Notes: generated by a model not told the origin, from the letters alone. A stretch of 64,000 nucleotides of DNA from an uncultured delta proteobacterium (GCA_963827685.1 CAWHBU010000005.1:288001-352000), one strand, 5' to 3'. Shown: positions 1-9,866, counted from the stretch's first letter. Numbers and translations are program-made.

Positions 1-771
1 CATGTGAAATTCATGTATGCCGAAAACTGGATTTATGCGCCTCCCCTTGCCAAGCTTAAAAGTTTGATTAAGGTGAGCGGGGGGACAATCCTGGACATCC
101 GGGCCGAGGGAAGCCATTCCGGTTCCGGCGCAGCATATTCGAGGAAATGGAAAACCTCCGGAGGAGGTTCGCTGATGCGCCTGGGGGCCCATCCGGTCGG
201 CGGGGCTCTCCACTTGAAACACTATGAGGGGATATTGAAGTATGGCGAGGCGATCCGGCCCAAATCAGTGACTGCCGAGGTGAGACAGCACACAAAGATA
301 GAGTCCTTCCTGAAAGAGAAGAAGAAGTATATCGTTTCCGCATGGGAAGACGTGGAAGATTGGGGTGTCATAGTCATACATTTCGGAGACAATTCCACGG
401 CCACGGTTTTTTCTTCTGATGGTGTTCTGGGAGGGGTCCGCAATACCCTCACGGTATACCTTTCCAATGCGGTTGTGAATATGAACATGAATCCCCACAA
501 TGTTCTGGAGGTGTATGCTCCGGAGCCTCATATTTTCGGAGAGGAGTACATCGCTGAAAGACTTGAGACCAAGGCAGGATGGAACTATCCAAGTCCTGAT
601 GAGGACTGGGTAAGAGGATATCCTCAAGAGTTAGAAGATTTTGTAGAGGCCGTCTTATTCGACCGAGAACCCATCTCCGGAATCGATTTGGCAAGGGATG
701 TGGTGGAGGTGATTTACGCGGGCTATGCCTCTGCGGAAGACGGGAAACGTATAGTCCTCAGACAACAATGA
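1..771 (+). CDS. Gfo/Idh/MocA family oxidoreductase (5'-partial; the frame is open at the window edge)
   Basis: YAENW motif, GGGSLMRLGAH, VEDW motif and C-terminal 'VVEVIYAGYASA' are typical of Gfo/Idh/MocA. Confidence 0.85.
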   Translation, partial: HVKFMYAENWIYAPPLAKLKSLIKVSGGTILDIRAEGSHSGSGAAYSRKWKTSGGGSLMRLGAHPVGGALHLKHYEGILKYGEAIRPKSVTAEVRQHTKIESFLKEKKKYIVSAWEDVEDWGVIVIHFGDNSTATVFSSDGVLGGVRNTLTVYLSNAVVNMNMNPHNVLEVYAPEPHIFGEEYIAERLETKAGWNYPSPDEDWVRGYPQELEDFVEAVLFDREPISGIDLARDVVEVIYAGYASAEDGKRIVLRQQ

Positions 772-804
772 AACAGAGATGAGATCAAAGATCGAGGTTT
801 TGTC

Positions 805-1815
805 ATGCGAGAGACGATGAAGCGATATGCTGAGAGGATTGAGCGAAATGAGATCAATCCACACCTTCGTTATGACGGTCAAATGAGCGGATTGCTCTTA
901 GATCCCCTTCGGGAAGAAGTGCCTCTTGAAATCTTGGGATTCGGAATCTATCCATTGGGAACCCATCCCATCATCAGGGAGACAAAGGATAAGGAGGTCG
1001 TCCTCGTCCTGCAGGAGGGAGAATTCGAAGCCGAAGTCAATGGAAAAAAGTTTAACGGAAGGAGAATCGGCGGACCCTTCTCAGCGGGACCCGGCCAGTC
1101 CAATGCGTCTGCCCTTTACGTCCCTTGCAACTCAAAACTGAGTATCCGGGGAAACGGCGAGGTGGCCTTCCTTGAGGCCCCTGCCCTCAAGGAAAAAATC
1201 CCGTTCTTTCTCCCTAATGAAGAGGTGAAGGTCTTATCAAGAGGAGATTGGATTTGGAGAAGGGACGTTACGCCCCTGATCAGCCCGAAGGATGCCAGTT
1301 CAAATCTCGTTGTTGGGGAAACCTACAGTCCCCCAGGATTCTGGTCAGGAACACCTCTTCATCAACATGATGGTCAATCTTCGGCAGAGTCAGATCATGA
1401 GGAGGTTTACTATCACCGCTTTCATTTGACTAAAAGCTCGGGAGATCAATTCGGGCCTTATGGCATTCAACTGCTCATGGACGGAATAACGCTGAGGAAG
1501 GCCTACCTGATTGGAGACAAGAGTATCTTTGCCATTCCAGGAGGTTGTCATCCCGTTGTGGCATCTCCGGTCTCCGAACTTCTGTATCTCTGGGGATTGG
1601 CAGGCAGAGGGGATGAGTTGATAATGAGGGATATCCCGGAATTTCTACACCTCAAGTCCTTTGAGGAAATTTTTAAAAGGCTGAAAAGGGATAGGACGAA
1701 AAAGAGACTATCAAAAAAGAGGTTTAAGAGCCTGTGCGAGCCCTATGCATTTACAGAAAAACAATCAAACCTTCTGTCAGTCATGTTGAGAGAGAAAGGA
1801 TATGAGATCAAATAG
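805..1815 (+). CDS. iolB: 5-deoxy-glucuronate isomerase / KduI-IolB family cupin
   Basis: LVVGETYSPPGFWSGTPLHQHD, HEEVYYHRF and GCHPVVASP match the IolB signature pattern. Confidence 0.8.
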   Translation: MRETMKRYAERIERNEINPHLRYDGQMSGLLLDPLREEVPLEILGFGIYPLGTHPIIRETKDKEVVLVLQEGEFEAEVNGKKFNGRRIGGPFSAGPGQSNASALYVPCNSKLSIRGNGEVAFLEAPALKEKIPFFLPNEEVKVLSRGDWIWRRDVTPLISPKDASSNLVVGETYSPPGFWSGTPLHQHDGQSSAESDHEEVYYHRFHLTKSSGDQFGPYGIQLLMDGITLRKAYLIGDKSIFAIPGGCHPVVASPVSELLYLWGLAGRGDELIMRDIPEFLHLKSFEEIFKRLKRDRTKKRLSKKRFKSLCEPYAFTEKQSNLLSVMLREKGYEIK

Positions 1816-1933
1816 ATTTGACCAAGCCGCCTCGACTCAGATGGAGGATGTTCGGCCACAATGCTTTTCAAGATAAAATGCTTTCTATGGTTCAGAGAAT
1901 GAGGAATTCATTATTGACGAAAGGGGGATTGTT

Positions 1934-2920
1934 ATGGTCGACGTGGTAACCTTTGGAGAGGCAATGGTGAGGCTCTCACCTCCTCACTTTCAAAGGTTGG
2001 AACAGACTCAAAGCCTTGATCTCAGTGTGGGTGGAGCGGAGCTCAATGTGGCAGTGGGTGTAACCCGTTTTGGAATGAAGAGTACATGGGTTTCAAAATT
2101 ACCGAAAAATGCTCTCGGTTATCTTATTCGCAACCGAGCTCAAGAGTTTGGAGTGGACTGTTCTCATGTCGTCTGGTCTGATCAAGGACGGGCCGGACTC
2201 TATTTTTTGGAATTGGGTGCATCGCCTCGAGCGTCGAGTGTCCTCTATGACCGGGCAGGTTCAGCCATCAGCATGATCAAGCCGGGTGAAGTGGATTGGA
2301 CAAAGGTCTTTACAGGGTCGAAGCATTTCCATATGAGTGGTATTACTCCCGCTTTGAGCGCCTCTGCTTCAGAGGTGACGGCCGAAGCTCTCAAGGCAGC
2401 CAAGAAAGCGGGGTGCACCGTTTCTTACGATCTCAATTATCGTAAGAAACTCTGGACCCCGGCAGAGGCAAAGAGAATTCAAGAGCCCATGATGGGTGAT
2501 GTGGATGTCCTGATTACGACCGAAGAAGATACCAATGTCGTCTTCGAAATTAAGGAAAAGGACTATGAAGCGGCGGCAGAGAAGCTCGCTCGCACCTTCA
2601 AATTCAAAATCGTAGCGATTACGGTGAGGGAAGACGTCTCGGTCTGGAAGAATCGCTGGACAGCCATTGCCTATCACGACGGAAAGGTCTTCAGGGACAG
2701 AAAGTATGAGGTGGAGATCGTGGACAGGGTTGGCGCGGGCGATTCGTTTACCGCCGGATTTCTTTATGGCTGGCTTAAATTGAAAGATGTAGAAAAAGGG
2801 GTTCAGTATGCAAATGCCTTTTCGGCACTCAAGCATACGATACCAGGCGATTTTAATTGGAGCACCCAGGAAGAAGTTGAAGCCCAGTTAAAAGGAGCGG
2901 GCCTGAGGATCTCAAGGTAG
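1934..2920 (+). CDS. kdgK: PfkB family sugar kinase, 2-keto-3-deoxygluconate kinase-like
   Basis: FGEAMVRL, GGAELNVA, DLNYRKKLW and DRVGAGDSFTAG; adjacent to eda. Confidence 0.88.
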   Translation: MVDVVTFGEAMVRLSPPHFQRLEQTQSLDLSVGGAELNVAVGVTRFGMKSTWVSKLPKNALGYLIRNRAQEFGVDCSHVVWSDQGRAGLYFLELGASPRASSVLYDRAGSAISMIKPGEVDWTKVFTGSKHFHMSGITPALSASASEVTAEALKAAKKAGCTVSYDLNYRKKLWTPAEAKRIQEPMMGDVDVLITTEEDTNVVFEIKEKDYEAAAEKLARTFKFKIVAITVREDVSVWKNRWTAIAYHDGKVFRDRKYEVEIVDRVGAGDSFTAGFLYGWLKLKDVEKGVQYANAFSALKHTIPGDFNWSTQEEVEAQLKGAGLRISR

Positions 2921-2931
2921 GAGGACGAGAG

Positions 2932-3582
2932 ATGGAAAAGAGAGAAGTTTTGAATCGGATGATTTCGGAAGGGTTGATCCCAGTAATCCGCGTGACCTCT
3001 GCTCAAGAAGCCATGGATGTGGCTGATGCGATCAAAGAAGGGGGTGTGACCTTTATCGAAATCACGATGAGCGTCCAGGGCGCCATCGATGTGATCAAAG
3101 AGCTGATGCAGAAATATAAAGATGAGATCGTCATGGGCGCAGGAACGGTCTTGGATCCTGAAACAGGAAGAGCGGCGCTTCTCGCTGGGGCTCAGTTCAT
3201 CGTCAGCCCTACCCTCAACCTCGATCTCGTCTATCTTGCACATCGCTACGGCGCCGTGGTCATTCCCGGGGCGATGACCCCAACCGAGATCCTCGCTGCC
3301 TGGAATGCAGGAGCGGATATGGTGAAGGTCTTTCCTGCCGCCCAAGTCGGGGGGCCTGAGTATCTCAAGGCGTTGAGAGGACCATTGCCACAAATCCTTC
3401 TCGTTCCTACAGGTGGCGTCAACCTTCAGAATGCAGGGGCTTTTGTCAAGGCCGGGGCCGCTGCCCTCGGAGTGGGTGGAGAGTTGGTGGATAAGAAAGC
3501 CATCAAAGAAAAGAAGTTTCATGTCATTACAGAGAACACACGTGCTTTTCTCAAGGCGATTCGAGAGGCAAGAGGAAAATAG
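2932..3582 (+). CDS. eda: KDPG/KHG aldolase
   Basis: EITM, GAGTVLD, FIVSP, PGAMTPTEI, VKVFPA and PTGGV motifs. Confidence 0.92.
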   Translation: MEKREVLNRMISEGLIPVIRVTSAQEAMDVADAIKEGGVTFIEITMSVQGAIDVIKELMQKYKDEIVMGAGTVLDPETGRAALLAGAQFIVSPTLNLDLVYLAHRYGAVVIPGAMTPTEILAAWNAGADMVKVFPAAQVGGPEYLKALRGPLPQILLVPTGGVNLQNAGAFVKAGAAALGVGGELVDKKAIKEKKFHVITENTRAFLKAIREARGK

Positions 3583-3621
3583 GAGTTAAGAATTAAGAGT
3601 TATAAGTTATGAATTATGAAT
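3582..3621. repeat. Degenerate heptamer tandem repeat (AGTTAAG/AATTATG-like); similar tracts at about 7403-7486, 23222-23287 and 39906-39972
   Basis: Direct reading: gagttaagaattaagagttataagttatgaattatgaatt. Confidence 0.55.
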
Positions 3622-3638
3622 TGCCAACTGTTCAATGA

Positions 3639-4943
3639 GTGGTTATGCGTATCTCTTTCCCCTATCCTGAAATCAAGTCCCTGGAAGTGCCGGAACAGAA
3701 TCTCCTCGGGCTCTTTTCCCCTTCCATCGTGAAGATCGAAGAGACTGAAGAGGCGATTATCGAAAAGGCATTCTCGCATCCCATCGGATCGGACCCTTTA
3801 TCACCTATGCTCAAAGGATGCCAGGATGTCCTGATCCTAGTAGATGACTATACCCGCACCACACCCGTCCAGAAGGTTCTTCCCCGATTATTGAACGAGT
3901 TGGAGATGGCTGGGATTAAACCCGGCGGGGCCAAAATCCTTGTTGCTCTCGGGACCCATCGCCCCATGAACCAAGAGGAGATAGTAAAAAAGTTTGGGAA
4001 GGATATTTCTGAACGATATTCCATTCTCAATCACAACTGGTGGGACCCCTCCCAACTCTCCTATTTGGGAGAAACAGAGGGAGGGACTCCCATTTTCGTC
4101 AATCGATTGGTCAAAGAAGCCGATTTCATTATTGGCGTCGGTCAGATCGTTCCTCATCGGGTGTCCGGATTCAGCGGAGGTGGAAACATTATTCAACCTG
4201 GAATCTGTGGCGAGGAGACAACAGGGAGAACTCATTGGCTCGGCGCTCAATTTACAGGACGGGAGATCTTAGGAAAGATTGAAAATCCAGTGAAGCAGGA
4301 GATTGAAAGGGTCGCTCAAAAAGCAGGGTTGAAATGGATCATCAATACCATCCAGGATGGTTCCGGCAGATTAATCAGTGTAGTGGCAGGGGACCCGGTT
4401 CAGGCTTATCGGATAGGAGCGAAGCGATCTCTTGAGGTTTATCAATCTCAACTCCCGCAGGAAGCTGACATCGTCATCGCTGACTCCCATCCTTATGACT
4501 CAGAACTCTGGCTGGCAGCCAAAGGGATATATGCTTCGGAACTGGCAGTCAAACAGGGAGGAGTGGTAATCCTGATCACTCCTTGCCCCGAGGGAATTTC
4601 TCCCAGTCACCCAGAAGTTCTTGAGTTGGGCTATCAAACATTTGAAGAAGTCGATCAAAAAGTCCGCCAAGGAATGATTCAAAAACTGACAGTTGCCGCC
4701 CATCTTGTCCATGTAGGAAGGGTGATTAAAGAGAGGGCAAAGGGCGTGATGGTTTCCTCCGGAATCTCAAGAGAGGATAAAGAACGTTTAGGTTTCATCC
4801 ACGCCGGAGAACCGGGGGAGGCTTTGGAAATCGCTTTTAGATTGATAGGGCGGAACGCAAAAGTCGCCGTACTTCAGAGAGGCGGCGAGATTTTGCCGGT
4901 GGTCCAAACCCAAAGCCCCCCTTCCCTTGGCGGGAAGAGATGA
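3639..4943 (+). CDS. larA: Nickel-pincer-dependent lactate racemase (LarA) family racemase/epimerase
   Basis: DDYTR, ALGTHR, PH..GFSGG and AAKG motifs, plus the GG..ILITPCPEG C-domain. Confidence 0.88.
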   Translation: MVMRISFPYPEIKSLEVPEQNLLGLFSPSIVKIEETEEAIIEKAFSHPIGSDPLSPMLKGCQDVLILVDDYTRTTPVQKVLPRLLNELEMAGIKPGGAKILVALGTHRPMNQEEIVKKFGKDISERYSILNHNWWDPSQLSYLGETEGGTPIFVNRLVKEADFIIGVGQIVPHRVSGFSGGGNIIQPGICGEETTGRTHWLGAQFTGREILGKIENPVKQEIERVAQKAGLKWIINTIQDGSGRLISVVAGDPVQAYRIGAKRSLEVYQSQLPQEADIVIADSHPYDSELWLAAKGIYASELAVKQGGVVILITPCPEGISPSHPEVLELGYQTFEEVDQKVRQGMIQKLTVAAHLVHVGRVIKERAKGVMVSSGISREDKERLGFIHAGEPGEALEIAFRLIGRNAKVAVLQRGGEILPVVQTQSPPSLGGKR

Positions 4944-5016
4944 AGGGGAGGGGGAGATCGATCCTCCTGTTCACCCCCACCCTCGCCCTCACCCTCCCCC
5001 GTCGATGGGGAGGGGA
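4913..5016. repeat. REP-like G/C-rich palindrome family (CCCTC(A)CCC...GGGAGAGGG); other copies at about 20575-20665, 29559-29622, 41945-42005 and 42675-42722
   Basis: Recurrent self-complementary C-rich/G-rich arms at gene ends. Confidence 0.65.
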
Positions 5017-5040
5017 TAAAAGTAAAAATAAGGAGATCCA

Positions 5041-6075
5041 ATGAAAGCTGTGGTCAAATATGGAAAAGGTAAAGGCTTGGTTGAAATTCGTGAGGTCCCT
5101 GTCCCAAAGATCAAGGATGATGAGGTCTTAATGGAAGTGAAGGCGGTTTCAGTCTGTGGAAGTGACCTTCACATCTACCATGACAGCCATCCTTACTGGC
5201 CTCCGGTGATTCTCGGACATGAATTCTCAGGAGTCATTGCAGAGGTCGGGAAGGATGTGAAAGGCTGGAAGGTGGGTGATCGGATCGTCACCGAGACACG
5301 AACAGGTTCCTGCGGGGTCTGTTATATCTGCCAAAGTGGATTCCCCCAAGCTTGTGAACAGAAGAGACCTTATGGCATCGGGATTGACGGTGCTTACACA
5401 AAATATGTGGCAGGTCCAGCCCGTCTCCTCCATCGCCTTCCCGATAGCGTTCCCTTTGAGACAGGGGCGTTGTTTGAACCCATCGCGGTCTGTATCACAT
5501 CCATCCTCGAACGATCTCAACTCCAGGCAGGGGAGTCCGTCGTCATCACCGGCCCGGGACCCATTGGCCTCATCGCCTTGGCGATCACAAAGGCGGCGGG
5601 GGTGAAGAGTGTGGGAATAACGGGAAGGAGCGCGGATGAAGAGGTGAGATTCAAAAAAGCAAAAGAATTGGGAGCGGATTTTACAATCAATGTGGATCAA
5701 GAGGATCCTGTCCGGAAGATTTTGATGTTGACCGAAGGTCTGGGGGTCGATGTTCTTATCGAGACCTCCGGAGGCGGCAAGGCCATCACACAGGCTTTCG
5801 AAATGGTGAGAAGATTCGGAAGAATTTGTGCGATTGGGATTTCCGGAAAGGATGAAGTGGCGATTCCTTATGACCGTGGTATCTTTAAAGCCCTTCGTTA
5901 CGATTTCTGTTTCTCCAGTAGCTGGACGGCCTGGGAGAAAACCATCGGCCTGATCGCGAAGGGCCTTCTCCCGGCTGAGAGATTGATTACCCACAAGCTC
6001 CCCCTCGAAGAATGGGAGGAGGCGTTCCGTTTATTAGAAAATCTTCAGGCAGCCAAGGTGATTTTGATCCCATAA
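5041..6075 (+). CDS. Zinc-dependent alcohol/polyol dehydrogenase (MDR family)
   Basis: CGSDLH, GHEFSG, CxxCxxC(7)C and GPGPIG motifs. Confidence 0.92.
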   Translation: MKAVVKYGKGKGLVEIREVPVPKIKDDEVLMEVKAVSVCGSDLHIYHDSHPYWPPVILGHEFSGVIAEVGKDVKGWKVGDRIVTETRTGSCGVCYICQSGFPQACEQKRPYGIGIDGAYTKYVAGPARLLHRLPDSVPFETGALFEPIAVCITSILERSQLQAGESVVITGPGPIGLIALAITKAAGVKSVGITGRSADEEVRFKKAKELGADFTINVDQEDPVRKILMLTEGLGVDVLIETSGGGKAITQAFEMVRRFGRICAIGISGKDEVAIPYDRGIFKALRYDFCFSSSWTAWEKTIGLIAKGLLPAERLITHKLPLEEWEEAFRLLENLQAAKVILIP

Positions 6076-6091
6076 AAAGAGAGAGGGTGAA

Positions 6092-7087
6092 ATGAAACAG
6101 TATCCCTATCAGGTGATCATCACAGACTGTGACCATGGATCCATCCGAGAGGAGAAAGAAGAGTTTGATCGAATGGGTGCCGAACTGATACTGGCTCAAG
6201 CCCAGAAAGAGGACGATTTGATCCGAGTATGCAAAGAGGCTGATGGGCTCTTGAACCAGTATGCCCTCTTGACCCGAAAGGTCCTTGAAAGCCTTCCAAA
6301 ATGCAAGGTGATTTCACGTTACGGCGTTGGAGTGGATTCCGTCGATCTTAAGGCAGCCACGGATTTAGGAGTTATCGTCGCTAATGTTCCAGACTACTGT
6401 ATGGATGAGGTGGCCAACCAGACCATCGCGATGATCCTAACATTGATAAGAAAAACTGCCTTTTTTGATCGAAAGGTGAAATCCGGCGAATGGGATTTTC
6501 ACCAGGGGATACCCATCTATCGAATCAGTGGAAAGACTCTGGGCCTTATCGGATGCGGAAAAATCGGTCTGGAAGTTGCAAAAAGAATTTCTGCTTTTGG
6601 CGTGCGGGTGATTGCCTTCGATCCCTATATTGAGAAGTCTCATGGGGTGGCCGAATTGAAAGACATCGATACCGTCTTAAAGGAATCCGATTTCATCTCC
6701 GTCCACTGCCCCTTGAACGATTCCACCCGACATTTGATCGGGGACAAGGAATTTAAAAAAATGGAGAAGAAACCCCTTCTCATCAATACCTCAAGAGGAG
6801 CGATCATCGATGAGAAGGCCCTCATCCAAGCATTGCGAGAAGGTCTCCTCTCGGGAGTAGGTTTAGATGTCTTGGAGAAAGAGCCGCCCGATTCTAAAAA
6901 TCCAATGCTTAAGATGGAAAACGTCATCCTCTCTCCCCATATTGGCTTCTATTCTGTGGAATCGATCAGTGAGTTGAAGTGGAGGACGGCGAAGAATGTA
7001 GCGGATGTCCTCATGGGGAAATGGCCGGGTTCTGTGGTGAATCGTGAAGTCCGGGGAAAGACCCGTGCGTCAATTTCCGTGTATTGA
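6092..7087 (+). CDS. D-isomer-specific 2-hydroxyacid dehydrogenase (CtBP-like)
   Basis: RYGVGVD, NVPDYC, GCGKIG, INTSRG, LDVLEKEP and SPHIGFYS motifs. Confidence 0.9.
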   Translation: MKQYPYQVIITDCDHGSIREEKEEFDRMGAELILAQAQKEDDLIRVCKEADGLLNQYALLTRKVLESLPKCKVISRYGVGVDSVDLKAATDLGVIVANVPDYCMDEVANQTIAMILTLIRKTAFFDRKVKSGEWDFHQGIPIYRISGKTLGLIGCGKIGLEVAKRISAFGVRVIAFDPYIEKSHGVAELKDIDTVLKESDFISVHCPLNDSTRHLIGDKEFKKMEKKPLLINTSRGAIIDEKALIQALREGLLSGVGLDVLEKEPPDSKNPMLKMENVILSPHIGFYSVESISELKWRTAKNVADVLMGKWPGSVVNREVRGKTRASISVY

Positions 7088-7100
7088 AAATGGAAGAGAG

Positions 7101-7391
7101 TCATTTTAGAAATTTGGTAATGCTCTTGACTTGATCGGCGGTCTCTTTAATCTGCTTGACTTCCTTCAGTCCTGGAATTTCTTCGACTTCTTTCTTTATA
7201 TCCAAAATCGGGTCCCTTTTCTGATCCCCTTGGTCTTTTTCCTTTCCTGCCTTTCTATCATCCCTAATTTTCCTGATCTCTTTCACCGTCTCCCCAAGCC
7301 CCTTCCCGATCTCTGGTAGTTTTTTCACCCCAAAGAGCAAAAAGAAGATGACAAGAATTAGAAGAATTTCCTGCAACCCCAAACCGAACAT
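7101..7391 (-). CDS. tatA: Twin-arginine translocase TatA/TatE family subunit
   Basis: MFGLGLQEILLIL...LFGVKKLPEIGKGLG. Confidence 0.85.
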   Translation of the reverse strand: MFGLGLQEILLILVIFFLLFGVKKLPEIGKGLGETVKEIRKIRDDRKAGKEKDQGDQKRDPILDIKKEVEEIPGLKEVKQIKETADQVKSITKFLK

Positions 7392-7486
7392 CTCTAAACC
7401 TCAACTTAGAGTCATGAGTTATGAACTAAAAAAGCTATTTATTCTTAATTCTTAATTCTAAATTCTCAACTCTTCATTCTTAACTA

Positions 7487-7792
7487 TCAGTGCTCCCAGT
7501 GGCCATCTATCCAGACCCAACCTCCTCTCCTCGGTTCCCAATAGCCAGGCACCCAATGTGCATGAGCCCTTGGAGGTCTCGCCCAATGGCCTGGAATCCA
7601 AGTCCACTCCCCTCCCCTATGGGCCCAGTGTCCGGGTCTCCAAACCGCCTCTGGATAGGGAGGTGTTCCATAGACCTCCACCCGAGGTTCAGGTGGTCTA
7701 ACTCTCACTATGGGAGGGGGACACCCTAATAAAAGGACTGCAATGACGCAGATAACAACTAATGAGCTGATAATAGCGACTTTTCTGTTCAC
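7487..7792 (-). CDS. YXWGXW-repeat lipoprotein
   Basis: GTG start after AAGGGAGG; lipobox LLLGC; repeats WRPGHW/WIPGHW/WVPGYW/WIDGHW. Confidence 0.8.
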   Translation of the reverse strand: MNRKVAIISSLVVICVIAVLLLGCPPPIVRVRPPEPRVEVYGTPPYPEAVWRPGHWAHRGGEWTWIPGHWARPPRAHAHWVPGYWEPRRGGWVWIDGHWEH

Positions 7793-7956
7793 CGTAATTC
7801 CTCCCTTCACTCCATAATTTTTATAGAAATTTGGACGATGATGCAAGAAAAAAATTCAAAAAATTTTACGGAGATACTAAAAAGAGAAAAAAATGGCTTG
7901 ATTTTTCTTAAGATTTTAAATATTGAAATCTCTATTAGAACCCAAGGAGGCAATTC

Positions 7957-8115
7957 ATGGCCATTGAATTAGAGTGTCCCATCTGTGATGCCGATATCCC
8001 CCTCGACGGAAACGAGAAGCCAGGGGATCTGGTCCTGTGTTCCTATTGCAAGGTAACCTTCAAGATAATAAGGACGAAAGATAAATGGACCCTTTCAGAG
8101 GATTTTGAGGAATAG
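7957..8115 (+). CDS. LysW-like zinc-ribbon small protein (52 aa, not in the ORF track)
   Basis: RBS AAGGAGG; MAIELECPICDADIPLDGNEKPGDLVLCSYCKVTFKIIRTKDKWTLSEDFEE has CxxC-17-CxxC and an acidic C-terminus. Confidence 0.85.
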   Translation: MAIELECPICDADIPLDGNEKPGDLVLCSYCKVTFKIIRTKDKWTLSEDFEE

Positions 8116-8129
8116 ATCCATTCCCACGG

Positions 8130-8287
8130 AATGGAAATTCCAAATCCCGAATTCCAAATTCCAAATAAATTACAATTACCAAATGTTGGAATTACCTAAA
8201 CCTTTTCTCCCTTCTTTGGATTAATAGAATTGGGTCATTGACCCACTGGTTATTATTTGGATATTGGTGTTTGAAGCTTGGTTATTG
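8130..8287. repeat. Inverted low-complexity repeat element ((A)TTCCAAA / TTGG(A)TTAT-type arms)
   Basis: Left arm aattccaaat repeats; right arm has complementary ttggatattgg repeats. Confidence 0.5.
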
Positions 8288-8365
8288 TTTCATTCCAAAC
8301 CATTATTTTACAATTTAATAATCAATTTCGACGGGCAGATTCGGAAGCTGTGAGCATCATTTGAA

Positions 8366-9241
8366 ATGAAACTCTTGTATACCTCAGATCTCCATGGGGA
8401 AATCCACCTCTTTCAGGAACTCTTATCGTTTGCTATTTCTTCCTCATCAGAAATCTTGGTGATAGGGGGTGATCTTCTTCCCTCCTTCCCTCCGACAAAA
8501 CGATACGAAGATATGATTCCAAATCAAAAAACATTCATTGACCAGTTTCTTTCTCCTTTTTTTAAAAGGATGTTAGAGACCACTTCTATTCAACAGATTT
8601 TTCTTATACCCGGAAACTGGGATCTGGGTTATCCCTTTCTCTTTAAGGAGTCTACAGCAAGGATAATCGATCTCAACCAGAGGAGTTATCGATTCAAAAA
8701 TGGATACGAGCTGATCGGATACCCATTTGTCCCTCCGACCCCGTTTCGACCAAAAGACTTTGAAAAGATGGACGATCGGGAATCCCCTTGGCCTCCTCAG
8801 AAGAATCCTTCCTATGTTCGATCTTCTGATCAACCTGACCAATTGAGACCCGTTGATCCCTTTCTCTATCTCAGAGAGCGGGAAACGATTGAGGAAGATT
8901 TAGATCAACTTCCAAAACCTCTCCATCCAAAAAGAGCGATCTATATCATGCATTCCCCTCCTTTTGGGACTCGATTGGATCTCATCCAAGGAGGGCAATC
9001 GGCAGGAAGTCGATCCATCAAAACCTTCATTGAAAGGAATCAGCCTCTTTTAACCCTTCATGGTCATATCCATGAGTCACCAGAGCTTTCTGGCACGTAC
9101 ATGGATCGGATTGGAGAAACTCTTTCCATCAACCCAGGACAATCTATCTGGACGACGAGAGATGTTTCCAGGCTTCATGCCGTTATCTTCGAAATGGAAA
9201 GGGCAGAACAAACACTTACACACAATTGTTTCCAGAGATGA
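8366..9241 (+). CDS. Metallophosphoesterase (Icc-like)
   Basis: SDLHG, GGDL, GNWD, HSPP and HGHIHE motifs. Confidence 0.88.
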   Translation: MKLLYTSDLHGEIHLFQELLSFAISSSSEILVIGGDLLPSFPPTKRYEDMIPNQKTFIDQFLSPFFKRMLETTSIQQIFLIPGNWDLGYPFLFKESTARIIDLNQRSYRFKNGYELIGYPFVPPTPFRPKDFEKMDDRESPWPPQKNPSYVRSSDQPDQLRPVDPFLYLRERETIEEDLDQLPKPLHPKRAIYIMHSPPFGTRLDLIQGGQSAGSRSIKTFIERNQPLLTLHGHIHESPELSGTYMDRIGETLSINPGQSIWTTRDVSRLHAVIFEMERAEQTLTHNCFQR

Positions 9242-9429
9242 AGAAGAGTTGTGGTTTGTGGATGGGTATCCGAAACCAATGGATTCCTTCATAGAATGGA
9301 TCAAAGCGAGTCGGGAACAGAGATACTCCTGCAGATGCTCTGGGATCCTAAGAATGCAATATCCTGAGAGGTAACTTAAAATTCATTTTCATACATATAA
9401 TCGGGTACTTATGCCCTTATTAAAAACAC

Positions 9430-9458
9430 TTGACATATAAGAAATAAAATGAAATAAT
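9430..9458 (+). promoter_or_regulatory. Sigma70-type promoter for the csp gene
   Basis: TTGACA-17 nt-AATAAT with a TG extension. Confidence 0.7.
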
Positions 9459-9495
9459 TGAGTTGTAGGTTGTAAGAAGTATCTGTTTGGATCAC

Positions 9496-9542
9496 AAAAG
9501 GTCGTAAAAGTGCTTCTGAAAACTTTTGCGGCCTTTTTTTTA
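9496..9542 (+). terminator. Terminator-like hairpin plus U-tract inside the csp 5' leader
   Basis: AAAAGGTCGTAAAAGT / ACTTTTGCGGCCTTTT followed by a T run. Confidence 0.55.
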
Positions 9543-9599
9543 GGACCAAAGGCTATTACAACTTACTTAAGTTTAAAAGAAGAAAGGAGGTGAGTTGTA

Positions 9600-9803
9600 G
9601 TGGCCAAAGGTCGTGTAAAATGGTTTAATGAGAAAAAGGGCTATGGATTCATTTCCAGAGACGACGGAAATGATGTCTTCGTACACTTCTCTGCCATTAA
9701 GAGAGATGGGTTTAAATCCCTCTATGAAGGCGATGAGGTAGAGTTCGAGGTTTCCGATGGTCCGAAAGGCCCACAGGCAACCAACGTTGTCGTAGTGAGC
9801 TAG
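9600..9803 (+). CDS. cspA: Cold-shock protein (CspA family)
   Basis: KGYGFI (RNP1), DVFVHFSAI (RNP2) and GPKGPQA; strong RBS AAGGAGGTGA. Confidence 0.95.
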   Translation: MAKGRVKWFNEKKGYGFISRDDGNDVFVHFSAIKRDGFKSLYEGDEVEFEVSDGPKGPQATNVVVVS

Positions 9804-9830
9804 ATAGAATTTCGTTAAACTGAAAGAGAA

Positions 9831-9866
9831 AGAAGACCCCAGGTTTTTCAACTGGGGTCTTTTTTT
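9831..9866 (+). terminator. Rho-independent terminator after csp
   Basis: AAGACCCCAG / CTGGGGTCTT plus T-tract. Confidence 0.85.
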
